NCBI GenBank assembly: GCA_963666275.2
Contig: CAXXOA010000002.1
Location: 1,824,001 to 1,888,000, forward strand
Length of the DNA stretch: 64,000 bases
Direction: 5' to 3'
DNA from: Oceanispirochaeta sp.
GTDB lineage: Bacteria; Spirochaetota; Spirochaetia; DSM-2461
Below are positions 10,876-21,115 of the stretch, one piece after another. Both the position numbers and the translations under genes were made by a program. The notes under the pieces were generated by a model. The model did not search any database and was not told where the DNA came from. It saw only the letters and a program-made list of their open reading frames with translations. Position 1 is the stretch's first letter, and each line of letters starts with the position of its first letter.

Positions 10876-11520
10876 ATGGGCGATACATTTAAAAACAGCA
10901 GCGCTCAGGTTGTGGTTGACAATCTGGTGGTCTGTATAAAGAAAAATGTGGATTATTTGAGTGAAGTGGACGGTAAGATCGCCGATGGGGACCACGGGAT
11001 CAATATGCAGAAGGGGTTTACCATTACCGGTCAGAGGATCGAAGGGAAATCTCTGAGCTACACAGACGCTCTGAATGTTCTGGGTGATGTTCTGATTTCT
11101 GAAATCGGCGGTTCCATGGGACCGATCTACGGAAGTTATTTTATTGAACTGGGAGACGGATGCCAGGGAGTGGAGGATATTGATAAAGCCACCTTTCTGA
11201 AATCCTACGAGACGGCTCTGGAAGTGGTCCTTTCCCTGGGAACAGCCCAGCTGGGAGATAAAACCATGCTGGATGCGATGATTCCGGGAATCAATGCCCT
11301 GAAAGCGGCGGTAGAGGCGGATAAGCCTTTTGCGGTCTGCCTGGATGAGATGACCGCGGCGGCGAAGACCGGTATGGAAGCTACAAAAGACATGATTGCC
11401 AAGGTCGGAAGATCCGCCCGTCTGGGTGAACGTTCCCGGGGTGTTCTGGATGCCGGAGCTGTTTCCTGTTTTCTGATTATCGAAAGCATGGCAAAGACTA
11501 TTAAAGGTTTGCTTGCCTAG
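10876..11520 (+). CDS. dhaL: DhaL-like nucleotide-binding subunit
   Basis: DGDHG, GGSMGPIYG, GDKTMLDA, GRSARLGERS..DAGA. Confidence 0.9.
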   Translation: MGDTFKNSSAQVVVDNLVVCIKKNVDYLSEVDGKIADGDHGINMQKGFTITGQRIEGKSLSYTDALNVLGDVLISEIGGSMGPIYGSYFIELGDGCQGVEDIDKATFLKSYETALEVVLSLGTAQLGDKTMLDAMIPGINALKAAVEADKPFAVCLDEMTAAAKTGMEATKDMIAKVGRSARLGERSRGVLDAGAVSCFLIIESMAKTIKGLLA

Positions 11521-11633
11521 TATTTATTTTATAGGGGAGGTTCCAGATTTTAATTGTGAAATCGGGAATCTCCTGTTACAATTTTACCGGGTTTAATATG
11601 GAAACATGTATTGATACAGAGGTAAAAATAAAA

Positions 11634-13232
11634 GTGATCAAGATACTCATCGTTGATGATGAGCTTCTCGTACGAGTGGGGCTGAAGTCCACCCTGAACT
11701 GGGAGGAGCATGGCTTCCGGCTTGTGGGGGAGGCGAAAAATGCCAAAGAAGCAATTGAGATTTTTGATAAGCACAATCCTGAAATCCTGCTGACAGATAT
11801 CTCCATGCCGGGCCTGAACGGGCTGGAACTCATCAACCTTCTGAGGGAGAAAAATCCCAATCTTCAATCCATTATTCTTACCCATTACGAAGACTTCCAT
11901 TATGCCAGAGAAGCCGTGAGCCTGGGAGTCCGGGATTATATCGTTAAATCCAATCTGACTCCAGAACGATTACTGAAAGTTCTGACAGAGGCGGAAGCAC
12001 AGATCCGTAAACTTCCTGAAAATCGAGAGCCCTATTATGGGGACAGCACTGTCGTGAGAAGGGATAATCCGGAAAAAGCCCTCTCTTCGCTTTTATTCCG
12101 GGAAGGAAGAGAGCAGGGGGCGATTGAAGCTTTAACTGACAGCTTAAAACATGACCTTCCCATGGACAGCTATCAGATGGCCCTTGTTTCCCTGAATCTC
12201 AATCTGAATGAGAATTTCCAGCTCAATACCAGGCAGCGGGAAATGATAGAAGACGTGGCATCCCAGGTCCTAATGGAGTGTCCCCACCCGGCGATTCATA
12301 CAGTATATAGAAACGAAATCGTTTTTCTTTTCAATTTCGACTCCCTGGTCAACTCTTCGGGGCTGGATGATAAGATCACCAAGTACATGAATCAGATCAA
12401 GCTGAATCTGAAAAAGTATCTGAACTACTACCTGATGATCGGAATCAGCCGTTTAAGCCGGAATATCTATGATTGTCATGAACTGTATATAGAAGCCCGA
12501 ACAGCCTGCAAACAGGCATTTTTCAAAGCCAATCACATTTCGGTTTTCTGGAAAGAATCCGGAAAATTCTCCGATTCCATGCATCTGCCTGAAAAGAATG
12601 TCCTGTTTCCACTGATCAAAAGCAATAGAAAACAGGAGCTGATGCAGTATATAGGGGATTTTATCCACCAGGCTTCGGAACTGGAAGATTTTGATTATCT
12701 GAAGAAAGTTTTTGACACCTTCCTGGATCAGGCCTCTCTCTTTCTGGAAGAGATACACAGCCATTCGGAAGAGGATATCCTGGCAACACGTCTGAACAAA
12801 AATGACTTTTACAGTCTGTTTGATATCGAAGCGGTGAGAATGCATATTGTGAATCTTTACAATACAATTCTTGATTCTTCCCTGGAGAATATTCCCGTTC
12901 AGAACTCCTATATTGTCAGAAAATCCATTGATTATATCGACTCCCATTTCAATGAGAATATCTCTTTGAATAATCTGGCAAAAAATGCGGATGTCAGCAG
13001 GAGTTATCTGAGTTTTCTTTTCAAGCAGGAGCTGGGCCTCAATTTCAGTCATTATCTGACCCAGACAAGGATCAGGAACGCCAAAGATATGCTCATCCAT
13101 TCCAATATGAAGATATATGAAATTGCCGATAAAGTCGGTTTTGACAGCCCCTATTATTTCAGTAAGGTATTCAAGGAAACCACCGGAGAGACATGTAAAG
13201 AATTCAGGAACAGGCACTACGGTGACCTCTGA
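11634..13232 (+). CDS. YesN-like response regulator (REC + AraC HTH)
   Basis: ILIVDDE, TDISMP, C-terminal AraC motif VGFDSPYYFSKVFK; start uncertain (11598 ATG or 11634 GTG). Confidence 0.92.
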   Translation: MIKILIVDDELLVRVGLKSTLNWEEHGFRLVGEAKNAKEAIEIFDKHNPEILLTDISMPGLNGLELINLLREKNPNLQSIILTHYEDFHYAREAVSLGVRDYIVKSNLTPERLLKVLTEAEAQIRKLPENREPYYGDSTVVRRDNPEKALSSLLFREGREQGAIEALTDSLKHDLPMDSYQMALVSLNLNLNENFQLNTRQREMIEDVASQVLMECPHPAIHTVYRNEIVFLFNFDSLVNSSGLDDKITKYMNQIKLNLKKYLNYYLMIGISRLSRNIYDCHELYIEARTACKQAFFKANHISVFWKESGKFSDSMHLPEKNVLFPLIKSNRKQELMQYIGDFIHQASELEDFDYLKKVFDTFLDQASLFLEEIHSHSEEDILATRLNKNDFYSLFDIEAVRMHIVNLYNTILDSSLENIPVQNSYIVRKSIDYIDSHFNENISLNNLAKNADVSRSYLSFLFKQELGLNFSHYLTQTRIRNAKDMLIHSNMKIYEIADKVGFDSPYYFSKVFKETTGETCKEFRNRHYGDL

Positions 13233-13233
13233 A

Positions 13234-15063
13234 ATGCCCGAAGCCGGCAGGTTTCTCTTCCTCTCCCGTAAAAAAAGTCTTCAGAAAAGAATCTTGATGT
13301 ACTTTCTCCTTTTCACTCTGCTTTTTGCCTGTACGTCCTTTATTCTGGTTTCCCAGATTTTTTTCAAAAACTATGTAGAAAATCTCACGGAAAATGCGGT
13401 CAACAGTTCCAACAAAACCAAACAGAGTATCGAATTCCTTTTGAACATGACTGATAATACAGCCTCTCTGATGGCAACCAATCAACCCCTGCTGGATGCT
13501 TTGAGAACCATTGATGATATGGATGATTACAGTTACGAAGGCAGTAAGGAGACCATCGATGCCATGCTTACAAGTATCATCAGTGTCCACGAATTTATTG
13601 ACAACATCTATGTTCTGGGCAGCGATGGCGAGTTCTATTCAAGCTACTGGGATGCGGATCAGAGGGCTATAGAAGCCAGGTTTGCCGAGTTCATTCGGAA
13701 TCAGAAAAAAAGGCAGGAGTACATCAACGGAGAACCTCTTGTGAGTTATCTCCCGTTTTTTGATCTGAATGTCATCTCCTATGTGAGGCCTATTTTCCAG
13801 TATCCCGAAGATCTGGGGCTGGGCACACTTATCATCGAGATGAACTATACCTATCTGAGAGAAATGTTTACTTTTACCTCCCTGGAGTATGATGAGGAGA
13901 AGATCCTTGTTATTAACAAAAAGGGCGATACAATATTTACCTTTCCTTTCAATACCTCTCTTGAGTATATCGTGCAGGAGTATCCTGTTCTGCTTCATGA
14001 GAATACGGTTGTAAACGGGAAAGTCTTCGGAGATGAAAGCATCATCCTTTCAGATGATATAGCCTACAGCGACTGGAGAATTATACAGATTTATTCCAAA
14101 GAGAGGGTTTATCAGTCTGTTATTTATCTTACAAGACTGGGAATGGTTTTCTGGATCCTCTTTATACTGATCTCTATTGTCATTTCCTACAGGATCTCCG
14201 TTTCCATTACGACTCCCATTATTCAATTGAACAATACCATTCAGAAGGTTGAGAACGGTAATCTGAAGGTGCGGGCCGAAGGAGAAGGGGAAGATGAGAT
14301 CGGTCAGCTGGCCAGCTCTTTCAATCATATGATCCAGAGGCTTTCCGATCTGATGGAGAGAACTCTGGATGAGCAGAAGAAGAAATCCGATCTGGAATTT
14401 CAGATCCTGCAGAGCCAGATTAATCCCCATTTTCTCTACAATACCCTGGATTCCATTAAATGGCTCGCCGTCTTCCAGAATGTGGAGAATATCAGTGATA
14501 TGACTACATCTCTGATCAATCTTCTGAAGTACAATATTTCCAAAAAAACCAAACTGGTCACCCTGAAGGATGAAGTAAACAGCATAAAGGATTATCTCGA
14601 AATACAGAAATTCCGCTTCGGCGATGCTTTTACCACAGTTTACGATATAGATCCGAAAACAGAAGAGGCCTCTATCCTGAAATTTATTCTTCAGCCTCTT
14701 GTGGAGAATGCCATTTTTCACGGCTTTGACAATATTGAGTACGAAGGGGTCATTACTATCCGCTCCTTTATATCGGGAAAAAAACTGATCCTTCAAATTG
14801 AAGATAACGGCAATGGACTGACTGACAATCAGAACTATCTGGAGCAGAAAAGCAGTTATGACCATAAAAAAATGCATAACAGCATAGGCATCAGGAATGT
14901 GGTGGACCGGATCAGTCTCTATTTCGGTGAAGAGGGACATTTCAGCCTTAAAAATGCCGAGAATCAGGGCGTGGTTGTGACCATAACCCTGCCCCTGCTG
15001 GACTCCTTTGCCCAGCTGCCGGAAGAGGTCAATGAAATCATGGCCAGCATGGACAAGTCCTGA
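13234..15063 (+). CDS. YesM-like sensor histidine kinase (Cache-HAMP-HisKA)
   Basis: Two TMs, EDEIGQLASSFNHM HAMP, QINPHFLYNTL, LQPLVENAIFHG, IEDNGNG. Confidence 0.93.
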   Translation: MPEAGRFLFLSRKKSLQKRILMYFLLFTLLFACTSFILVSQIFFKNYVENLTENAVNSSNKTKQSIEFLLNMTDNTASLMATNQPLLDALRTIDDMDDYSYEGSKETIDAMLTSIISVHEFIDNIYVLGSDGEFYSSYWDADQRAIEARFAEFIRNQKKRQEYINGEPLVSYLPFFDLNVISYVRPIFQYPEDLGLGTLIIEMNYTYLREMFTFTSLEYDEEKILVINKKGDTIFTFPFNTSLEYIVQEYPVLLHENTVVNGKVFGDESIILSDDIAYSDWRIIQIYSKERVYQSVIYLTRLGMVFWILFILISIVISYRISVSITTPIIQLNNTIQKVENGNLKVRAEGEGEDEIGQLASSFNHMIQRLSDLMERTLDEQKKKSDLEFQILQSQINPHFLYNTLDSIKWLAVFQNVENISDMTTSLINLLKYNISKKTKLVTLKDEVNSIKDYLEIQKFRFGDAFTTVYDIDPKTEEASILKFILQPLVENAIFHGFDNIEYEGVITIRSFISGKKLILQIEDNGNGLTDNQNYLEQKSSYDHKKMHNSIGIRNVVDRISLYFGEEGHFSLKNAENQGVVVTITLPLLDSFAQLPEEVNEIMASMDKS

Positions 15064-15187
15064 AATATTCTTTCCTGCTCTCCTGGCATGAAATCTCTGG
15101 ATTTGCATAACATCCTAGAAAAATCCGGTATTTTTTGTATTCCTTTATAAATATGATATAATTTATATTATATTCAGGAGGTTCAGC

Positions 15188-15909
15188 ATGAAGAGAGTGG
15201 GAATACTTTTAGCAGTGTCTCTACTGTTTTTTTCGGTTGTAATCTCAATTCCAATTCATCAGAATCAGATGAGACAACACTGATTTTCCAATCCAGCAAT
15301 ACGGCTTTGTCCGGATCTGATAGAACTGTCACCATGGGAACAGGAATAGAGATTACAAAGTTTGTATTATCCATAAGAGAAGTGGAATTCAAAGTGGATG
15401 AGACTGATACAACTCTTTCGGAAGTCTTTTTTGACGGGCCCTATGTTATTGATCTGATTGATTCCACAGGTGCTTTGTCCCAGTCCATCGGGTCGGCTGA
15501 AGTGCCACCAGGAACATATCAGACCATCAGATTCAAGCTGCATAAATCAACAGATACGACAGATCCCGACATCACCGACCGTTCCATCTATCTGGCTGGA
15601 ACCATTGATTCGGTTCCCTTTGAAATGTGGCATGATGCCAGTGAAAATCTCGATGTGGCTGAGAGTACCGGGGTCGTTGTAGGGGATGGGGAGATCGATG
15701 TGGTTATCGATTTCAACATCAGAGCGTTTCTGGATCAATCGGCCAATGCGGCAGAAGGCGGCGTTGTCATTGACCTGAGCACCGCAACAGACGATGATTC
15801 TGACGGCACAATTGAAATCAATCCCAATTCGGATGATGGCAATGTGAATCAGGATCTTGCAGACAGTTTAAAAGACAATATAAAACTAGTTGCAGATCTT
15901 ATCGAGTAG
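15188..15909 (+). pseudogene. DUF4382-like lipoprotein, frameshifted at T7 tract (15227-15233)
   Basis: AGGAGG RBS + MKRVGILLAVSLLFF joins FGCNLNS... lipobox and the 15307 ORF only if one T is added; VPPGTYQTIRFKL and VVIDFNI motifs. Confidence 0.7.
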
Positions 15910-16027
15910 TTCTCCCAATTCAGAAGGGGTCCTTTTTCCCTCCTGATCCTGTCTCTATGAAATTATAAAAAGAAATCCCGTATAAACAGGGCCTCAGTCA
16001 GGCTGTATCATCGGGATAATTAAAAAA

Positions 16028-16056
16028 TTGACAGATTAAATTTCCCGTAATATAAT
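16028..16056 (+). promoter_or_regulatory. Consensus sigma70 promoter of LacI-ara unit
   Basis: TTGACA-17 nt-TATAAT exact. Confidence 0.85.
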
Positions 16057-16072
16057 GCGTTATCGTTAACGC
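16057..16072. promoter_or_regulatory. LacI-family operator
   Basis: GCGTTATCGTTAACGC near-perfect palindrome with central CG over the predicted +1. Confidence 0.75.
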
Positions 16073-16089
16073 TAAGTATTTGAGGTTCT

Positions 16090-17145
16090 ATGGCTACCAT
16101 AAAAGATGTTGCCGATGCCGCCGGTGTTTCCATCGGAACGGTCGATCGGATCCTTCATAACAGAGGCCGCTTTTCAAGTAAAACCGCTCAGAAAGTCCGA
16201 AAGGTCATGGAAGAGCTGAACTATACGCCCAATATCCATGCCAGGGGGCTCAAAAAGACGAAAAGTCATATATTTGCCGCAGTTATCCCCCAGAGTCATC
16301 AGGACGGCGGATACTGGTCCCTGGTGGAAGAGGGGATTCAGAGAGCCGACAGATCCCTGGGATCCTACGGTAGTGAGGTCAGAATATTCCCCTTTGACCG
16401 CTACTCCTCCGTCTCCTGCAGGAATGCTCTTACAGCGGCTATTGAATCGGGTGCGGAAGCTCTTCTCACAGCACCGGTCCGGCCGGATGATTTTGAAGAG
16501 ATCCTGTCTACTGTCAAAATACCCTATATTTTTATAGATACGGATATTCCCTCGATGAAGGGCCGGGCCGCCTATATCGGGCAGGACTCCTACCGGAGCG
16601 GATACCTTTCGGCCAAACTGATGTTTCTGCTTATGAAAAGCCGTGATGCGGATCTCTCCCGATCCCGAGTGATGATTGTGGATCCTCCGGGTTCCAACAA
16701 TCATCTTGACAGCAGGATCGAAGGGTTCTCCCGTTACATGGCAGAGAGCGGTGAATCTCCGGCTCTGCAGATCATTAAAGAGGAAGTTGACGATGAGGAG
16801 AGTATACACAACTATCTGAAAGAGATCCTGTCCGATCCTTCAGATCTTCCCCGGGGAATCTTTGTCGCCAATTCTTCCGTTTACTACATCGCCTCCTTTC
16901 TGAAAGAAAAAGGAGGGGTTTTCGAGAAGATTCCTCTGATCGGCTATGATTTCATCCCCCATAAAGAGTCTCTCATCGAAGAGGGAATCATCGATTTTAT
17001 ACTGACCCAGCAGCCTGATCAGCAGGGGTTTCAGGGAATCATGATGCTCTATGACTATCTTATACTCAAAAAGGATATTTCTAGGGAGGTCATTACTCCT
17101 CTCAATATTATCACCAGGGAAAATCTCCGTACTTTCGGGGAATAA
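16090..17145 (+). CDS. LacI-family transcriptional regulator
   Basis: ATIKDVADAAGVSIGTVDRILHNR HTH, YTPNIHARGL hinge, periplasmic-binding-fold C-terminus. Confidence 0.93.
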   Translation: MATIKDVADAAGVSIGTVDRILHNRGRFSSKTAQKVRKVMEELNYTPNIHARGLKKTKSHIFAAVIPQSHQDGGYWSLVEEGIQRADRSLGSYGSEVRIFPFDRYSSVSCRNALTAAIESGAEALLTAPVRPDDFEEILSTVKIPYIFIDTDIPSMKGRAAYIGQDSYRSGYLSAKLMFLLMKSRDADLSRSRVMIVDPPGSNNHLDSRIEGFSRYMAESGESPALQIIKEEVDDEESIHNYLKEILSDPSDLPRGIFVANSSVYYIASFLKEKGGVFEKIPLIGYDFIPHKESLIEEGIIDFILTQQPDQQGFQGIMMLYDYLILKKDISREVITPLNIITRENLRTFGE

Positions 17146-17254
17146 AGCAGAAGGGAACACTTGTGTTGTCCTGACAGTGTTATGCGAAATAAAAAGATTT
17201 CCCGTCTTTAACAGTGGGGATTCTGACATCCCGAAAAGGGAAAAGGAGCGGAAA

Positions 17255-17956
17255 ATGAGCAATTTTAAAGAACTGAAAGAGCGGTGTTACCAGGCCAATA
17301 TGGAAATACCCCGGAGGAATCTGGCCATTTATACATTCGGGAATGTGAGTGCACTGGATCCGGATGAAGGGGTTTTCGCCATCAAGCCCAGCGGTGTGGC
17401 CTATGATGAACTGAAACCTGAGGACATTGTGATTGTGAATCTGCAGGGTGAAAAGATTGAGGGCAGGATGAATCCCTCATCGGATACACCGACTCATGCG
17501 GTCTTGTACCGAACTTTTTCGGACATTTGCGGTATCGTACACACTCACTCCACCTATGCCACAGGCTGGGCCCAGGCCTGCCGGAGCATCCCTATCTACG
17601 GTACGACCCATGCGGATCACCTGGCATGCGATATTCCTGTTACAGAAATCATGAGTGATGAGATGATCCGGGGGCAGTATGAGGAGCAGACGGGGTATCA
17701 GATTCTGAATGCCCTGAAGGATCAGCAGATCTCCTATGCGGAAGTGCAGATGATCCTTGTGGCCAGTCACGGTCCTTTCACCTGGGGAAGCACTCCCGAA
17801 AAGGCTGTATACAATGCAGGGGTGCTGGAAGAGCTGGCAAAAATGGCTTTTATCACCGAACAGGTGCATCACAGGCCCGAACGGATGAAAGATTCACTGA
17901 TCAGTAAGCACTACGACAGAAAACATGGAAGCAATGCCTACTACGGGCAGTCATGA
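17255..17956 (+). CDS. araD: L-ribulose-5-phosphate 4-epimerase
   Basis: TFGNVS, IKPSGV, PSSDTPTH, VHTHS, GTTHAD, HYDRKHGSNAYYGQ. Confidence 0.95.
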   Translation: MSNFKELKERCYQANMEIPRRNLAIYTFGNVSALDPDEGVFAIKPSGVAYDELKPEDIVIVNLQGEKIEGRMNPSSDTPTHAVLYRTFSDICGIVHTHSTYATGWAQACRSIPIYGTTHADHLACDIPVTEIMSDEMIRGQYEEQTGYQILNALKDQQISYAEVQMILVASHGPFTWGSTPEKAVYNAGVLEELAKMAFITEQVHHRPERMKDSLISKHYDRKHGSNAYYGQS

Positions 17957-17982
17957 AACTATTCATAGAAAAGGAGCGTAAT

Positions 17983-19500
17983 ATGAAAGTATACGAAGGA
18001 ATGAAAATCTGGATGATATCAGGCAGTCAGCACCTGTACGGAGAGGAGACTCTGAAGCAGGTGAGAGACCATACTGAGGAGATTGCCGGCTATCTGAACA
18101 GCCGGGAAATGATCTCTGCTGAGGTTCTGTATAAAGGGATCCTGACCACACCGGAAGAGATCACCGACTTTTTTGTCAAAGCCAGTGCTGATGCGGGCTG
18201 CGGCGGCGTAATCCTCTGGATGCATACATTTTCTCCCTCTAAAATGTGGATCAACGGACTGAACGTCATGACCAAGCCTATGCTGCATCTCCATACACAG
18301 TACAACCGGGACATTCCCTGGAATGAGATTGATATGGATTTTATGAACCTTAATCAGTCTGCCCACGGTGGCCGGGAGCACGGGTTTATCAACAGCCGGA
18401 TGAAAATAGAAAGAAAAGTCGTCACAGGATACTGGAAGGATGAAAAGGTCCTGGCAAAAGTAGATGCCTGGATAAGAGCTGCCGCAGCACTTAAAGATAT
18501 GAAGGGCGGAAAGGTGGCCCGATTCGGGGATAATATGAGGGAAGTGGCCGTCACCGAAGGGGATAAGGTGGCCGCTCAGATCGCCTATGGATTTGATGTG
18601 TACGGATACGGTGTGGGAGATCTTGTCAAAAAGATTGATGCTGTTACCAATGACAGAATTGCCGCCCTGCTGAAAGAGTATGAAGAGACCTATGAGGTAG
18701 ACCGTGAACTCCTTGCCGGAGGAAACAGGCATGAGTCCCTGGTTGAAGCCGCCAGGCTCGAACTGGGTATGGAGGACTTCCTGGTGGAAGGGGACTTCAT
18801 CGCCTTTACGACGAACTTTGAAAACCTTTACGGCATGAAACAGCTGCCGGGACTGGCCTGTCAGAGACTGATGGAGAAAGGATACGGCTTCGGCGGTGAG
18901 GGCGACTGGAAAACAGCGCTCCTTGTCAGGGCCATGAAGGTCATGGGGCGGGGCAAAACAGGTGGCTCCTCTTTTATGGAAGACTATACCTATCATCTGG
19001 ATCCGGAGAATACAATGGTCCTGGGAGCCCATATGCTTGAAGTCTGTCCGACCATTGCGGGCAGTAAAAAAGTGAAGCTGGAGGTTCATCCTCTGGGCAT
19101 CGGTGGTAAAGAGGACCCTGTGAGAATGGTTTTTGATACGGACGGAGGAACCTCTCTCAATGCTACTCTGCTGGATATGGGAAACCGTTTCAGGCTCCTT
19201 GTCAACGAAGTGGAGACTATTGAAGCCCCGCAGGATATGCCCAATCTTCCGGTTGCCCGGGTTTTCTGGAAAACCGAACCCTCTCTGGAGGTTGCTGCCT
19301 CGGCATGGATTCTGGCAGGCGGAGCCCACCATACTGGATACAGCAGGGATGTGACTACCGAGATGATCAGAGACTTCGCAGAAATGACCGGTACGGAGCT
19401 TGTGGTCATTGACAGGGATACAAAACTGGAAGAGTTCAAAAAAGAGCTGAAATGGAATGATCTTTATTACACAATGAAGGCTTTTGCCGGAGGCGTGTGA
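17983..19500 (+). CDS. araA: L-arabinose isomerase
   Basis: GSQHLYG, WMHTFSPSKMWI, MNLNQSAHG, GFGGEGDWK, SFMEDY, GAHMLEVCP, AGGAHH. Confidence 0.97.
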   Translation: MKVYEGMKIWMISGSQHLYGEETLKQVRDHTEEIAGYLNSREMISAEVLYKGILTTPEEITDFFVKASADAGCGGVILWMHTFSPSKMWINGLNVMTKPMLHLHTQYNRDIPWNEIDMDFMNLNQSAHGGREHGFINSRMKIERKVVTGYWKDEKVLAKVDAWIRAAAALKDMKGGKVARFGDNMREVAVTEGDKVAAQIAYGFDVYGYGVGDLVKKIDAVTNDRIAALLKEYEETYEVDRELLAGGNRHESLVEAARLELGMEDFLVEGDFIAFTTNFENLYGMKQLPGLACQRLMEKGYGFGGEGDWKTALLVRAMKVMGRGKTGGSSFMEDYTYHLDPENTMVLGAHMLEVCPTIAGSKKVKLEVHPLGIGGKEDPVRMVFDTDGGTSLNATLLDMGNRFRLLVNEVETIEAPQDMPNLPVARVFWKTEPSLEVAASAWILAGGAHHTGYSRDVTTEMIRDFAEMTGTELVVIDRDTKLEEFKKELKWNDLYYTMKAFAGGV

Positions 19501-19583
19501 TACTAAAGGGCTCAATGTGTTCTGATTTTCCGGGGAAACTGTTCTCCGGAAAATCTCAGGAACAGGACTTCAATCCCTTCTGA

Positions 19584-20402
19584 CTAAATCTCCTCCAGTT
19601 CCTCGTCCGGGAAGTTGTCCTGGGATCCCTGTTTTTTCACAACCCTGTCAAATCTCTTTTTAAGTTGAAAATAGGAGCGCTTGTAGAGTTTATTCTGATA
19701 GGTAAAAAAAGAGATCTTGCTATGAAGCTCCTGATTTTCCCTTTCCAGATCGGCTATCCTGCCCTGGGCAAGCTGGATGGCATAGCGCATATCAATATGC
19801 TTTTTTTTATCGCTGACCCGGCGGTTCAGGTCGGAGAAATTGTTCATAAATGACGAGTGGACCGAAGGTTCAAGACGCTTCAGATCCTGAAATTCCATAC
19901 TGTCCACAAAGGATATGAGCCGGTTGTAGAGAAAATTCGAGGGGACATCAATGAAGATTTTTGATTGATTCCCGGCGGTTCGACTGAAATGGATATTATC
20001 ATCTTTTACATTGATATGGATGGGAAATATTTCATTTCCCCCTTTGGGCTGATATTCCTTTTGCCGGTTTTCTATCTTGCTGCTGATCCGTTCGGAGGAA
20101 CGGGAAAACTTTTTTAAAAATAGAAGGGTTCTGTTCTCCTCATCATGAATATCCACATCATCCAGCCGGATCCTGTTAAAGAGCTCTGAAATATAATCGA
20201 ACAGGTCGGAAAGGAGCTGGTAGAGCAGGTTTCCCCCTATATGGAAGGTACCCCTTTCCCGGATCTCTTTCTGGTAGTTGACAGCCTTGATATATTCATC
20301 TGAGATAAGAATGCTTATTTTTCCCGGGTTTCCGGGATCCCGAAAGATTTCCCCGTTAAAAAGAGTGACACCCGATTTATCAATGCGATTATTATTCATC
20401 AC
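19584..20402 (-). CDS. Hypothetical protein with internal duplication and C-terminal coiled coil
   Basis: 272-aa ORF filling the gap; no recognised family. Confidence 0.65.
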   Translation of the reverse strand: MMNNNRIDKSGVTLFNGEIFRDPGNPGKISILISDEYIKAVNYQKEIRERGTFHIGGNLLYQLLSDLFDYISELFNRIRLDDVDIHDEENRTLLFLKKFSRSSERISSKIENRQKEYQPKGGNEIFPIHINVKDDNIHFSRTAGNQSKIFIDVPSNFLYNRLISFVDSMEFQDLKRLEPSVHSSFMNNFSDLNRRVSDKKKHIDMRYAIQLAQGRIADLERENQELHSKISFFTYQNKLYKRSYFQLKKRFDRVVKKQGSQDNFPDEELEEI

Positions 20403-20449
20403 ATTTGTATTGTATCAGCATGCCTATACTGAATGTCTATCACTTTTTT

Positions 20450-21115
20450 TTATTCCTGCAGAAGAGTGATGAATTCCTTCAGGATTCTTGCGGTTATTCC
20501 CCAGATAGTCCCGGCATGACTCCGGTAGGCCAGGATGTTGTGCATCTGATTGCCCCAGCTGTCGTGATACCTTTCCGGGAGGTTCAGATCCCTCCCGGGA
20601 AAGTGTATCTCTTTTCTCCCGTCTTCGGGATTAATGGAAAAGGGGTGCATCTCCATCCGTACCTGATAATTCTCAAAAGAGAGGACCTCCAGTTCGTCCA
20701 GAGGGATCGTAAAGATAGAAGCCACTTCATCTCTGCTGATTTCCATTTCAGACAGGGAAGAGATATGGAGTATCGCCAGATAGGGTTCAACAAGAACATC
20801 CATGGGAGTGATAAGAGTATCCAGAGGGCCAAGCAGCTCGATGGATTCCCTCTTTATTCCCAGTTCTTCATAGGTTTCCCGGAGAGCGGTATCCTGAAAA
20901 GACCTGTCCTTGTCCGGGTCGAATCCGCCTCCGGGAAAACAGATCTCATCTCCCTGCCGGATATTTGCGGCTCGCACCTGAAACAGAAGATGCCAGGACT
21001 CTTCCAGCTGGATCAGAGGCACCAGAACGGCTGACTGAAAATAATCCTCCCGCCCCATGATCCCCCTGCAGGGACGGATCATGGATCTAAGACGGTCAGG
21101 GATATCAGATACCAA
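20450..21115 (-). CDS. NUDIX hydrolase, CoA pyrophosphatase-like
   Basis: SAVLVPL, EICFPGG..ALRETYEELG Nudix box, IWGITARIL; probable TTG start overlapping pfkB stop. Confidence 0.88.
   Translation of the reverse strand: MVSDIPDRLRSMIRPCRGIMGREDYFQSAVLVPLIQLEESWHLLFQVRAANIRQGDEICFPGGGFDPDKDRSFQDTALRETYEELGIKRESIELLGPLDTLITPMDVLVEPYLAILHISSLSEMEISRDEVASIFTIPLDELEVLSFENYQVRMEMHPFSINPEDGRKEIHFPGRDLNLPERYHDSWGNQMHNILAYRSHAGTIWGITARILKEFITLLQE

Noticed and set aside
18019..19515. Long antisense ORFs (also 5948-7303, 8215-9198, 32378-33496, 45027-46094, 56873-58117)
   Set aside because: Codon-register shadows of well-supported genes, with no motifs
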